Source: Rhynchopus sp. YZ270_cl-10
Lineage: Eukaryota
Reading direction: 5' to 3'
Assembly (NCBI GenBank): GCA_964035575.1
Contig: OZ037842.1
Span: forward strand, 620,001-684,000
DNA: 64,000 nt
Shown here piece by piece: positions 21,558 to 34,913 of this stretch; the first letter of the stretch is position 1; each line of letters begins with the position of its first letter. The notes beneath the pieces were generated by a model, which was not told the DNA's origin, did not search any database, and saw only the letters and a list, made by a program, of their open reading frames with translations. A program made the position numbers and the translations under genes.

Positions 21558-22993
21558 TGTAAGGCCCGTCACAGGCCGGGGAAGAAAACCTTTAGGCTTC
21601 AAAAAATAAAAACTGGGAAAGGGAAAAAAGGGGGAAAAGGGGGTGCTGTGTAGACCTGTAGGTGGGTAAGTGAAGGGGGGACCATAAACCTCATGTATTA
21701 CCATTTGCTTCCTATTCTGTTGCCACTTAGACTGAGAGAATGGACTGAAGCCTCGAGGGGTGTGTTGTTATGGTTTAAAAAACGGACCTCGGGTGGAACC
21801 AGGCTAAAGAGCCTGAGGAATCAGCCTCAAGATATGACCGATTGTACCGGAAGTGGACACCCAACCATGCAGTCCTATATCCATTTCGTGGTTTTCAGCA
21901 ATATTCAGGCAGAGAAGAGTGTGCGAAAATGACAAAATCAAACAGTATCTTCTCTCGGATATCCTCAATAAGCAGTACAGTTCTGCTAAAAAGCGGGTTT
22001 TGAAAGAGAGCGGAGAGAGAAAGGAAAAGAGAAGGGGAAAATCTGTTTCTTTGTTTAAAATGCAAAAAAGGAGGTGGGGAGGGCGTTTTATGAAAAGCAA
22101 CATTTTTTTTTTTTTTTTTTTGAAGAGAGAATGGGCCTCATGAGGGGCGCATTTTTGTTTTCAAAAAAAAAAGAGAAAATGAAAAAAAATCCAATGAACA
22201 ACAATAACAACAAAAATTTCGGGAAGAGAAGGGGCGATGAAATCAGGGCCCGATCATTTCCACTTTCCTTTTTAAAAGCTGCCCGCTTTATTCGGGAATA
22301 TTTGGTTTTCCCCCTCATTCCTTAGCGTTATTTTTTGTGGACGATTTACCACACACGAAACAAGGAAAAAGGGGGGGTATCTCGTTGTAAAAATTCTGCT
22401 TAGCAAATTATCCTAACAATTGACGCTAAGTCTCTCGTGCCTGACACCAACCATGCCAATTGTTGGATTGTTTTTTGGGGGAATGGAGTGCACAGCGAAA
22501 AGGCCGAAACTTAGAAGGAGGCCTCAATACGGGCTTTCCAGAGGGGAATTTTTTCTTTTTTTTTGTGTCGACAATCACTGTACACCTACTGGTATAAAGA
22601 TCTGTACTCGCATTTTTTTTTGAAATATTTGAACATTCACTTGTGTTGCAACCGATACATCATATACCTCGAGCAAACCTTTTGTCGTCTATTTTTTAAT
22701 GTTAGCTTTTTATCGACACCCAGAGGGAGGGTGCTCAATGTCACCATGAATATTATTTTTTTGTTCACTCTCACTTCATTCTCAGCGCTACCGAGGTAGT
22801 GTGGATGCTCTTTTGCGTTCTATCCAGAGTAAACCCGGGACCGTGTCCCGGTTGGTGCCATTTTTTCACATCTTTGAGGACGCGGGTTGCCGATATACGG
22901 AGATCACCTCGCCGTTGTTACTACACAGGGTATTTTTTTTTGTCATTTCGAAGATATTCACACAAAAAAAGGAGGGGAAATGGAGGGTTACCA

Positions 22994-23095
22994 CACCGAC
23001 GGTGAAGTAAATGACTTGGCTTGTGGTTTTACTTGCAATAGTGAAACCAGAAGCAACACACCATAAGTCAAGTCAATTTGCGTTACACCGTTGTG
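22994..23095. mobile_element. MITE with CAC...GTG termini and CA 2-bp TSD
   Basis: Imperfect TIR CACCGACGGTGAAGTAAATGAC / GTCAATTTGCGTTACACCGTTGTG, with CA on both sides. Same TIR family as 53898-54132. Confidence 0.65.
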
Positions 23096-25439
23096 CAGTG
23101 ATATGTCCAAGGGTTATTTGTCGAACGGAAGAAAAAAAAAAAAAAGAAAAAGAAAAAGAAAAACTCAAAAGAGAGCGATCATCTTTCAAGTTCAATGGAT
23201 AGGTATTGTGCTTCTTATGGCAAAGTGGTATTACACAAAAAAAAAAAAAAAAAAGGTGGTAGGATGGGGGGAGAGGACCTCCCTCTCGAGGGGAGTTGCC
23301 AACACAGTTTCTTCTTGAGGGATGCAATCATTGATGACGCTGGGAATGCAAAAATAAAATCTGATTTTTTGCGAAAAAAAGGAAAATGAAGGCATCAGAA
23401 GCAAAGAAAGCATGAAAGAGCGAACGTCCCACACGTCGGGTTGCGCAGCCAATAAAAAAGAAAATTAAGTTGATAGTGCAAAACGCCTCTAAGACGCAGG
23501 CACTGGCACTCCGCGGGTTATCGAACCCCCCGGAATGTTGGAAAAAAAAAAATACAAACATACAATAATAATAACTCTATCTTGCAAAATATTGAAGAAA
23601 AAAAAAATGAACATCGCGCACCCCTTATGTAGGTTCCTTTGTAAAAAAGAAAATAAGAAAATTGCTGATCTTCACGGTGGCCTGTACGAACCCTCAGGGT
23701 ACGTTCGTAGCGGGGTACCCCGCGGGGTACCCCAAATAGGGTTTGCCAGGCCACTGTGTTTGGGTGGCGCAAGGTAGTGTTACTGGTGATGATGGTGCTA
23801 CGTGTAGGTTTACCGCACCCCCTCCAAAATCACCTAAAAAAAACCAAACAAATAGTAACCAAAGCCTAGCCCTGACCGCTTAAGGCAAAAGAGCGTCGTT
23901 CGTTGAATTCAACCAAAATAGAGAATAGTTTATAAGATGATCCTAAGCCTCTCGTGCTTCGTCACCTTATCATATTCCAAAATAGATGTCGAATTCTGGC
24001 GTAAAGTGAAGCAAATTTTCAGCGAGATCAAACCGGCTTGCTTTTTTTGGTTGGCTTCTAATCACATTGCATAAAGGAAGGAAAACGCTAAAAGAATGCA
24101 GAGATTCTTTTACGTGTCCAGTTTGTTTGTTTTTTTTTTTTATATATTTTGATTTTGCTTTTTTTTTTTTTGAAAATTTGGCTTGTATTTAGAAGTGTGC
24201 TTGCTCTTGTCCTGTATTTCGTAGAGCAAGCGGGTTGGGGAAGTCACTCAAGAGAAAAAGGTTTTCTCCCTTCGAAAAATAAAATAAAATAAAATGAGGG
24301 GGGGGTGGAGGTGGAGGGAGAGAGAGAAGTTTTAAGTTTCTTCTTTTATTGTAATACAAAAAGCCCATCTTGTCACCGAGCTCTGCAACAATGAATAGAA
24401 AGAAAGAAACAAAAAAAAATTCTCAAAAAAAAGGGGAGATCAAAATACACCATGGATATAGGAGTTAGGGAGAGAGGAACGAAGAAGTGATTAATATAAT
24501 ATTTTCAATCGAAATATCAATGAAAGGACAAAGAAAAATTCATTGGTGTGTCTCCGGGAGGGGGTCGATATTGACAGGTCGTTGACCGACTTCCGAAAGC
24601 ACCATTCATGATATCATTTAATCATCATTACCCGGTGATCAGTAAATCGTGACCACGTGGGGGGGACTCATATTTGGGGTTGGCTGAAGGGGATGATTCG
24701 CAGTTATTGCGTACGTTGTGCACCCCCCATTCAGCCACACCATAATGTATGAAAATAGTAGGATCTGGTAGGTAAGTAAAGTTGTTTTCGTTTGATTGCA
24801 CAATCCTCTGTTTGAGAGATGATTTGGCGACCGTACCCGGTAATACTATTTCTCCTTTAAAACAAGCTTCGTAGGAATAAAAAAAAAATGTGATAGAAAA
24901 CCCAGACAAATGTCATATCCAAAAAAAAATCTCGATAATATTCCTCAGAAAAGAAGACAAAAAAAAATGAGTGCTCGCTGTTAAACCGACAATCACCCAA
25001 AGATAAGAGGTGACTTCCAACTCAAATATCCATCCAAAGGGGTTAGATTAGAGGAGAGTGTGTGTATGTGCTTTTTCTTCCTCTCGTTGAGCGCAGCTGA
25101 ATTTATTGGTGTAAAGCTGTGCAAAACGAAAAACAAAAAAAAATTCCTCCGGAAATATTTTGTCAAAGATTCATTGGGTTTTGTCTTGGGTTTGTATCAC
25201 ATTCTATCAAAAAAAATACAAAGTTGCAAAAACATCTCCGTGGGTCATTTTAGAGAGAAAGAAAAAAAAAAAAGTGATTTTCCCCCACTTTTCCCTCTCG
25301 TAGAGAGTGTCTCTCTCTCTCTCTCTCTCTTTAGCCCTCTATTTGGAGTGCTTCGATTGCAAAATACATAAAGTTTTTGTTTGATTATAGACTACTATCA
25401 CTAGATAGCAGCCACGATATTTTTCTTCCGGATCCGTTA

Positions 25440-25741
25440 CTGGGGGGGGGGGCGAATAAGAGATCAGGGGTGAATAAGAGATCAGGGCCGAATAAGAGAT
25501 CAGGTTGAGATTTTGGGGGTATTTTTTTTTTTTTTTTTTGCATCCAACAGGGTTTTATCTTGAATTTTTTTTTTGAAATTTTACCCTGTCTGCCCGGTCT
25601 GGCAAAAAAGTGGTCAAAATATTTTTTTTGCCTCCGGCGAAAATGTCTTTTTGCTTTTTTTCCCCCAAAAAAAATTTTTTATTTCTGGCTCGTCCGTTCG
25701 CCTAATAAGAGATACCACATCTCTTATTCGCCCCCCCCCAG
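25440..25741. mobile_element. MITE with TA TSD (Tc1/mariner-type ends)
   Basis: TA|CTGGGGGGGGGGGCGAATAAGAGAT ... ATCTCTTATTCGCCCCCCCCCAG|TA, with a repeated subterminal GAATAAGAGAT motif. Confidence 0.8.
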
Positions 25742-26837
25742 TAAAGAAAATAAATAAAGTCTTAAAAGAAAAGGTTATAAGATGAACCTAAACCTCTCCT
25801 GCTTAGTCACCCAAAACAAAGAAGTTGAAAAGGCAAGCACCTCACCGTTCATCGGCAGACGCAAGCACTTATTTAAAAAAAAAAAAAATGAATTGGGGGT
25901 GGCTGAAGGGGGTGATTCGCACTTCTTGCGTGCTTTTGTGCACCCCCCCATCCAGCAACACCAAAGAAGGAGAGAAAAAAATATTTTGCTTTCGTCCCAT
26001 TCTGCGTTTCTCCTATATCCATGAGTAGAGCGAAGGCACTGCACGTTCCGCTCCGGGTTTAGTGGGAAGGTTATGTGAGGGAGGTGGGAGGGAAGTGGGG
26101 TTTATGTATTAAATAAAATGGTAAGACGAAAACCGGAGGCTTGGCTAAGAGAAAGCGCCAAGACAACACAAAAGAGAGAGAGAGAGTGTGTGTGTGTGTT
26201 TTTTTTTCTTTTTTTTTTTTGTTGTTGTTGGGATTTTTTTATATCATCGTCACATGTGGACATGACACTAAAGTGGCCCTTACGTGTTATTTAAAAAAAA
26301 AAATGTAGAGTCTCTCGAAAAAAGACCTTTGTGGTTGGGTGAGTGTATTTATCGTTATGCAGTTACCATTTGACCTTTAGAACGGTATTTTGTTCGAAAA
26401 TCTTTCATTTGGCCAAAAATACTGCAAAAATATAAAAATAGAAAAAAAAGAACGAAAAAGAGTCTTTCAGATGAACCTAAGCCTCTCGTGCTCAGTCACC
26501 TTGAAAAAAAAAAATCCCTGACAATAAAGGAAATTTGTAAGATGAATATGCCTCTCGTGCACACACATCTGACAATTAAGGTGTAATTTACAAAAATAAA
26601 ATATGACATTAAAATGTCATTTTCTTGTCTTATTTTTTGGTGTATTTTTTTTTCTCTTGTTTTTTTTATTGTTTTTTTTGTTTGTCATTTTTTTTTTATT
26701 ATTTTTACGTTGTTTTGCAACCGCGGAATACGTCTAAAATGTAACCAGATTTGGTTCTTTTTAAATAAATATCGTATTTTCGAAAACGGGGGAACCCGAA
26801 AAATCGGGAAGGGAGAACGGGAATTGGGGAAAAGAGA

Positions 26838-27037
26838 NNNNNNNNNNNNNNNNNNNNNNNNNNNNNNNNNNNNNNNNNNNNNNNNNNNNNNNNNNNNNNN
26901 NNNNNNNNNNNNNNNNNNNNNNNNNNNNNNNNNNNNNNNNNNNNNNNNNNNNNNNNNNNNNNNNNNNNNNNNNNNNNNNNNNNNNNNNNNNNNNNNNNNN
27001 NNNNNNNNNNNNNNNNNNNNNNNNNNNNNNNNNNNNN
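26838..27037. other. Assembly gap (200 N)
   Basis: Run of n. Confidence 1.
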
Positions 27038-29762
27038 CGCGCTTTTACCCATATGTGTTGCATATCTGAATTTCATTTTTTTTTTCACCACACAAGGTAG
27101 GTGCATATTTTTGTACTCAATGACAACTAGAACCTTGCAGGTCAAAAATAATATTTCATATACGATCTACTCTACTGAATAGAAGGTGAAAAAAAAGAAA
27201 GTAGGTAAGATGAACTTCAACATGTCTTAGGTTGGAACTCACCTGAATTTTTTTTGAATTTTTTTGAATTTTTTTTTGGACAATGTGAACAACATTTTTG
27301 TCGATCGTAAAAAAAAAGAAGGGAAAAAAAAAAAGATAAGATGAACTGTCCTTCTCACACATTGGTACTCCCATCATTAGTACGAATGAAATGTGTAACA
27401 ACTCACCTGACGAATGAATCTGTCCCGAAAAATGGATGGTGCTCAAGCGACTCACCCATAGTCCGACCGCGCTCCGGTATCGAAAAGCGCATGGATGAAT
27501 GACACCCACAGGGTGGGGGTTCAGACATCCAAGAATAGTTACCTGAGAGGTAAGGCATAAGGGGCTGGAGGGGTGGAGGACACCACCTCTGTATTGTCGG
27601 TGGTAACTATTAATAAGGGAAGTTGGTTTAAGACGAAACCTAAGCATTCACAACGCTTGGTTTATCTTAGAAAAAGGAAAAAAGGAAAAATAGAGAAAAG
27701 GGATAAAAGGGTAATGTACCTCACAGCACATCCCATTGTTGTTGTGGTGCTGTTGTGGGTTTTTGCTCATTTGCAAATAATGCAAAAGAAATAAGGAAAA
27801 AGCCCAATGTGTCCACTATTTTGAAAAGTTCGGTGCGGTTCTGTTTTGCTGTTTGCCTTTTTTTCAATTTTGACAAAAAAAAAAATATTGTTTGAGCAGT
27901 GTTCGTGGAATCCACTTTTGAGATATGGTGTTATTTTTTTTTTTTTCTTCTAAAATTCTTGTAGTGAAAACCCACCACCTGTGCACATCTCCGCGTTCAT
28001 TTTCTTTTTTGAAAACTTGGTTGTATTAGTGTAGCCACCCTAGAGTGTGCTCCACTATCCTTTTTTTTTCTCGTGGTTGTAACGTTTTACTGCGGCTGTT
28101 CCCGAGATACGGAACACCTCAGCATCGTTGTGAAGTGGCTGTCAGTAGAAAACGAGAATAATATGCGTTTACTGAGAGAGGTCAACATAAGATGTGACGT
28201 GAAAATACAAAGCCCTCTCGTGACAGTGTACCTCAATAAGAGTAGTACCTGATTCTTTTACTCTTCTACTCCTCAGTCACAAACGGAAAGAAAAAAAAAA
28301 GGATCGGGCAGGTAAATAAAGTTGTTTTCGTTTGATTGCACAATCCTCCTTGAGAGATGATTTGGCGACCGTACCCGGTAATACTATTTCTCCTTTAAAA
28401 CAAGCTTCGTAGGAATAAAAAAAAAGGGGAAAAGACAGCAAAAGAAGGCAACAGGTGAGGACAGTGCGCCACAAAAGGAAAAAAAAAAAATCGTTGTTCA
28501 GAGGGGGAAAAATAATGGAAAAGCTTGTAAGATTGTAAGATGATCCTAAGCCTTGCTTGGTCACCTAAAAGGGTAGAGGTTGTAATGTGACGCAAATGAA
28601 AGTGCGCTTTTTTGAAAGCTCCGATAAAAAGCTAAGGGCATAACAACTTATTTTTCTGGTTCTTTGTTATTCCGACATTCCCAAAATCGTGCACGCAAAA
28701 AAAAAATTTAGGGCGGCTAGTTCTACAGCTCTCCCTGGTAGAGGGGTGTTTTTAGAGGAAAATGTTTCCCTGTTGGTGACGTTTAAACACCGGCATTTGC
28801 ATTTTCGGAATCCGTCCAGCCAGTGGTGGGGTCAATTTGCCGAAATGGACAAGTTCTTATTTTTAGTACAGTACAGTACAGTACAGTTTGAGCATCTGAG
28901 GGGGTGCATCACTACCCGGTGCAGTACTAGTCAAAACTTATTTTTCTGAAGCTCAAAAAAAAAAAAAAAAAGTGCTCGCGCAAACGAGAACCAAGATAAA
29001 AAGTTGTTGTGCCCTCAGGGGAAAAAAAAACAAAAAAAAACCCCCACACGGTCGGGGTTTTTTGAACACAAAAGATTGAAATGTTCCAAACACACGTTTG
29101 ATGCACCATTTGTGAAGACCAGCAAATGGAGAAAAAGGGATGTTCGATCAGATTCGGTTCAATCTGATTTGATTGGTTCCAAAAAAAAAAAACTTTTTTT
29201 TTCTCTTCCACAGAGGAAGGTGTGGCAGACTACCAGACTTCTCGGAAACATGAAAAGCTTCGATTTTTGTTGTGTCGACAATCACCTAAAACCACCCACC
29301 TGAGCAGGGGCATAGATTCTGTACACTCAATGTCGTCCTAAGACTCTTTTTAAACTCCGGAAATTGAAAAAAAACTGTCTGCCAGTCTGCCAGACTTCCC
29401 TCTGCGCTTTTCTTCGGGTTCTTTTGTTTTCGTGGTAGCAACACACACTATTGCTTCCCCCCTTTGCGTTGCTGCATCAACACCCTCAACCCACGAGGTT
29501 CCTTCTACACCCCATCGCCAAGGGGCTAGGATCTTACATACTTTCCCTCCCCCTTTCCCTCACACAGTCGTCCATGCTATACATCCCGCTAAGGCTTGAA
29601 CGTGACATTTCTTTTTGAAGGGACATCAAAGAAAAGGGGGCTCAAATTTTGGTGGACAACGGCAATATGTTAAATTATGCGAAATTGATCTCAACAAAGT
29701 CATATACTTGCCACTTTAACAAGTAAAGGGACGCACTCTTTTGATCTAATATATATTATTAT

Positions 29763-30520
29763 CGTGAATTTATTTTCCAGTATTTCACGCACAGGTGGAA
29801 ACAGCCCGAGGGAAGCATTTTTTCCCGAGGGCGAAGCCCGAGGGGAAAAATGCTTCCCCGAGGGCTGTTTCCACCTGTAAGTGAAATACTGGTATAAATT
29901 CACGAAAATATATTATTTTATCTCCAAATGAGACCATGAATTTCACAACCCGTTTTCACGTACAAAGAGAAGAGGGTGGGGTGGTTCTTTTTATGATGAT
30001 TTTTGATTCAGTTTTTTGATGTGGAACTCTTAGCGCTGGACAGCGCCTTGAGCCAGAACTGGTGCAGCGGGTTTGTGGCGCTTACGCGGCTGTACTTCTG
30101 AGGAAGATGAGGAAGACGATGACGATGAGTCACTTGTGTTCGTGTCGGACTCACTCTCCACAGGTGCCCTCGCACGTTTTTGAGGTCTCATTTGGGATTT
30201 TTTGATGAAAATTTGGAAAAAAAAACGTGTAAATCCGTGGTTTGTGTGATACAGAAAATTAACTCAAAAATGCGTTTGAGACCCCCAGAATGGCTCAAAA
30301 TGCCTCTTTTCTGGCTTTAATTGCAAAATTGGGCCTCCAAAGGCCTCCAAAAAAATTTTCGAGAGTTCAGTTCTACGATTTTCGACCGTGAATTTATTTT
30401 TTCTGAGCGTGAATTTATTTTTCTGAGCGTGAATTTATTTTTCTGAGCGTGAAATACCGGAAAATAAATTCACGCACCTCCTTCACGATTTTGTGAAGGG
30501 GCGTGAAATTCATGGTCTCA
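29763..30520. mobile_element. Non-autonomous element with a 140-bp terminal hairpin, internal inverted repeats and an ORF remnant
   Basis: Hairpin 29763-29904 centred on GAGGGCGAAGCCCGAG. Inverted pair TGAGACCATGAATTTCAC at 29929 and 30503-30520. Three tandem CGTGAATTTATTTTTTCTGAG at ~30387-30450. 53-aa minus ORF at 30030-30191. Confidence 0.6.
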
Positions 30521-33500
30521 AGCGGGGATAAAAGCAATAAAACACATCTTCAGGATCAGACGTGAGGCGCTGTGCCAAAAAAGAGTTGATTTGTGTACGA
30601 TACCGAGGAGGCTGGACACTCACAGAACAGAACACTCGAAAAAAAAAAAATGCATCTCGTTGCACACAACACATCATATGGGTGTGCATCAAAAAAGCAT
30701 GTGGACCACTCACAACAATGAAATTGTAGCAGCAAAATAGCAAAAGAGCAAACTGGCAAAAAATGACAGTCTTTTTTTGAAAACTTTTACCATTCCTTTT
30801 TAGGGAACGGAGACGGGTCTTGGAAACTCCAAAAAAAAAAAAAAATGGAGTCGGTGCACCGAAAGAGGAAGTTGCCTTCCTAAAACGAGCACACAACAAA
30901 AGGAGGTGTCGTTCACTCACCTATATCATCATTGCAACAACACCTCCATCACACGAAAGCACGGTATAGCGATCGCCATCGTTAACAATTGTCCTTGGCT
31001 CATTTTTTTCCTCTCATTGACGAAGATCGCCCGTAATCGACCGGCGATCGCCACCATACCGTGAATAAAAACATTCACACTCACGATGTCGCACCCCCCC
31101 AAAGGCTTCAATATGCTTCTTTGGGAATGGTGCAAACCTCATCGATGAAGGGGGCTGTGGAAAGAGAACAAACAACAAAGGTGACATCTAGGATGGGGGG
31201 AAAACCCCCCTCTACCTGTAGTTGCCTCTACTGTCTTTTTCTCATCGCCACATAATAAAGATGGGGTAGAAAAAAGCTTATAAGATGCAGCCAAGCCTCT
31301 CGTGCTTAGTCATCTTAATATAAAGGGGGGGTGTTTGAGTATTCGACGAATTGGGTAGCCGAAAACTTAAAAAAAGTTGGCTTGAAATACAAAGCCCTCT
31401 CGTGACAGTGTACCTTGGTGCATGACCAGCAAGAAAAGGTTGTGAGATGACCCTAAGCCTCTCGTGCTTAGTCTTGATCGGGGGGAGTTGGATTTTGTTT
31501 TTTTTATCCACATGGTGCTCCGGGAGGGATCGATATCGACAGGTCGCTGACAGGTCGTTGGCCGACTTCCGAAAGCACCACAGAAAAAAGAAAAATTGTA
31601 AAAATGAATGTGCCTCTCGTGCACATGCATCTACCAAAAAAAAAGCGGGGGAACTCCGAGGTGAACCTAAGTAAGCCGTCTTGCTTCGTCACCTACATGA
31701 AAAAAAATCAGATGGCAGTGCGGGGTAACTATTTTTCACTAATGGAAGGATGAATATACCGTGCACACATCTTTTAAAAAAAGGGGGGCTTTTAAAAGCT
31801 TTCTGGACATTCGCTCGGACTTGAAAAGGGAAGGCTTTGGGGAGAGAAAGAGAAAGGGAAAATGGTTTTCAGAAAACAGAGATTTCCTAATCAGTGACAT
31901 TTTTACAAAAAAAAAAAAAAATTACCCCCCCACCCTCCTCGACTTGCGGCCCTTTTTTTAGGCCACAAAGATTCATACAGTTTTTTGCAATCTGGAAAAA
32001 CGTGAAAAAAACAGGGAAAATCATTAGACTCATATACTTTCAGTTCACAGAATTAAAAGCATTTGAGAGGTTCAACACATGCACCCTTTCTTTGAAAATA
32101 AGATATTATTGATGCAGACACCTCCGGGTGACGTACGAGGCCAGCCCCCGGATGAAATGCCAGAAAATGACAGAAAAATTGACAGAAAAAAAAGTTGATA
32201 AATGCAAAATAGAAAAAGAAAACAAAAACAAACAAAAACAATGATCGATCGTCGTCTGATATGCAGGTTGTCTGAACCCCCAGTGGTTTCTCCCGCCCCC
32301 CCACTCCATCCCCTCCTATTCTCTCTATCTAATATTTTGCATTGTGCTGAGCATTGTAAACGAAACAAACAAAAAGGAATCGCTCGTTAAAAAAAGTTCT
32401 GTACATGGAACACTAACGTTGGGGTTTCGTGTCGTTGATTCGAATTTAAAAAAAAAAATTGCATTCGAAAATAAAAGAATAGGCGCTAGCTGTCAACAGT
32501 TATCACCCCACAAGATCGGGTGAGACGTGGACAGTCACATTTTTTGGTGTTAGCCGTGAGAGAGTGATGTGTGAAAAAAAGGAGAGAAAAAATGGTAGCT
32601 GATGCTAAAACGCATCTCGGCCGAGCTCATGCAAAGGGCGGGGCGTGGGTGTTAGAACGGCAGGCGGTTCACAACCGCTCGGCGAATCACGCAACCTCTT
32701 AACACCCCAGCCCTTTTTTGGCTAAAAAACAAAAAACTAATATGATTCTGCACAATTGCTAATTACCGTAAAATGGTAAAATGACGCTTCACATTTTGAA
32801 GGAAGCAGACCGTTGCAAATAGCACAAATTTGGGCACAGCCAGTTTTTTTTGAAACTTATTTTCGCATTTTTTTTTTTTTTTGTCAAAGATATATTCTTT
32901 ATTGTGACAGCACACCCCCCTTCACACCGCTTCTGCCTTCCTAAAATTTAACTAACCAGGATATTGTCTGATTGGGCATAACCCCCCCTAGTTAATTTTA
33001 CGAATACGCTTCCCTTATTGGTGGCAGTATTCACCCGCTTGGAAGGTGATGTTTTATTAGCAGAGAGTACTCAAAAAAATGATAAACAAAAAGTGAGAAG
33101 GGGGGAGCTGTGCTGTCTTCAGGGCGTTCGCTATCGCCATCGTTTTTCCTGAATCGTGGCGAAATGCCAAAAAACCCGAAAATTTTGCATTTTTACTAGT
33201 GCTTAAAATAGGTCAAAAAAAATTTTTCGCCGGAGAGAAGCTAGTTCGTGGGGGTGAATCCCTGGTACTGAGTGATAAAAAAAATTTTGCGATTTGCGCG
33301 TGATACCTTCCCCAGCACTAATACCAGCAAAACGATGGAGAATTTCAGCAATCCCCCCCTCACTGAGGATCTCTTTGTGCTGTTTAATCAAACAGATGTA
33401 CTAGAGAGAGGCATCTGTCATATGAGACTTCATCCTTAGTTTGATTATTTTCAATAAACTAAACCGTCTCTCTGCCTCCACCGAGGTTGAAGATAGAGTT

Positions 33501-33720
33501 GACACGAGTAGTGACACCTTCAGCTGACTGCAGGATTGAGGAGCGAGCGGGAGTGCTGGGGAAACTTCCTCTCACGGCAGGCGGGTTTGCGGATGATTTT
33601 GAGTACAGTGGACACCCCCTCTGCGACCCCCCCTCCGGGGGGGGTCGACAGGGTGGTGGGGAGAAATGTCTCTCTTTTTTTTTTTTCTCCCTTTTTTCTT
33701 TATTTATTTATTTATTTATA

Positions 33721-33832
33721 CAGGGTTTCGCCCCGGTGGGGCGAAGCCCTGGGGCGAAATAAAATGTCATTTTTTCAGGAAAAGATTTTTTTAACGAAAA
33801 AAATTTTTTTTCGCCCCGGGGCGAACGCCCTG
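33721..33832. mobile_element. Short TIR element
   Basis: CAGGGTTTCGCCCCGG ... CCGGGGCGAACGCCCTG, followed by a ~55-nt A run at 33843-33898. Confidence 0.55.
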
Positions 33833-33841
33833 GCTGTCTTA

Positions 33842-33900
<59 letters not shown>

Positions 33901-34533
33901 GTGATGCGAGAAGGAGGGGTGAGGAATGGAGATGGTGATCAAAACTGGGGATAAAAATAATTCATATACATTCTTTTCTTAGCGAAACAAAAAGAATGCA
34001 AAGAGGGTGCAAAAAATGTACCCTTTCCTAAAACTGGGGATAAAAATAAAATAAAAATGGCAGGAGAGAAAATATGATGGCCTAGAGAAAGAGAAAAAAA
34101 AGCTGAAAGTGCTAACGCCTCACCGTTCATCGGACGCATGCAATGGAAGAAAAGGTGGTCGAAAAAAAAAACTGCCCTTCTTAGTTTTTGACAGAGGGTC
34201 TGGGAGGATAAAATTGAAGGAGTTTAAAGGAAGTCTGTCCTTTTTTTTGCGAATTTGTTTTTGCGAAGCTGTGCATACACATAGCCTCTACGAAACAGAA
34301 AACACATTATCATTGCAAAAACTGCCTCAGATCTGGGGCAGTCTTTTTTTTTTAAAAAAACTTCTGGGGTGTGTTCAAAGCAGCTGTGGGTAGTTCAGTT
34401 CGTAAGAGCGGAACATTGCCCAGCTTCTGTGGTGTCTGAGGCGGTAGGCTCCAACAAAGGAAAACCACCCTCAGCACGAAAAATGCTGAAAACTCCAAAA
34501 AAAAAGGGGGGGGGCTTTTTTTGTTGATTTTTG

Positions 34534-34913
34534 CACGGCAGACTATTCAGGGGGGGCTACTTATCGTGGCTGCATTTGTGATAATTGCCTATCACAATAC
34601 ATAATACACAATACAGTACTGTATTGTGCTGTATATTATGCATTACGATGAGCAACTATCACAATACAGCCACCACTAGACTACTAGCCGTAACGACCAA
34701 TACTAAACTACAGTGGTTAAACAAAAATTCCGCCTAAGAAAAATCCCACTTAAAAGTAATTTCCGCCATCGATTTCAATTCCGCCTTTAGTTTAGGCGTA
34801 ACATTTGTTTAACCACTATAGTAGTTGTTACTGTAACAGTAGTCGGAAAACACTAGTCATTTGGACTAGTAACACTACTAGTAGTCCAAATCCCCCCTGG
34901 CTAGTCCGCCGTG
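34534..34913. mobile_element. CAC...GTG MITE (TG TSD) carrying two nested insertions
   Basis: TIR CACGGCAGACTATTCAGGGGGG / CCCCCCTGGCTAGTCCGCCGTG. Reverse-complement relative at 53464-53633. Inserts at 34566-34673 and 34711-34818. Confidence 0.8.
34711..34818. mobile_element. Tc1/mariner-type MITE with TA TSD, nested in another MITE
   Basis: TA|CAGTGGTTAAACAAA ... TTTGTTTAACCACTA|TA. The paralog at ~53578-53595 has the empty site with a single TA. Confidence 0.85.

Noticed and set aside
26614..27145. ORFs spanning poly-X
   Set aside because: Artefact of the 200-N assembly gap.
24760..28417. Family H as 5S rRNA or spliced-leader RNA
   Set aside because: Only the size is similar. I see no 5S motifs and no euglenozoan SL exon sequence (CAGTTTCTGTACT).
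30915..31160. Possible exon with CACAG acceptor and GTGAGT donor on minus
   Set aside because: All three frames contain stops and no partner exons or recognisable motif were found.
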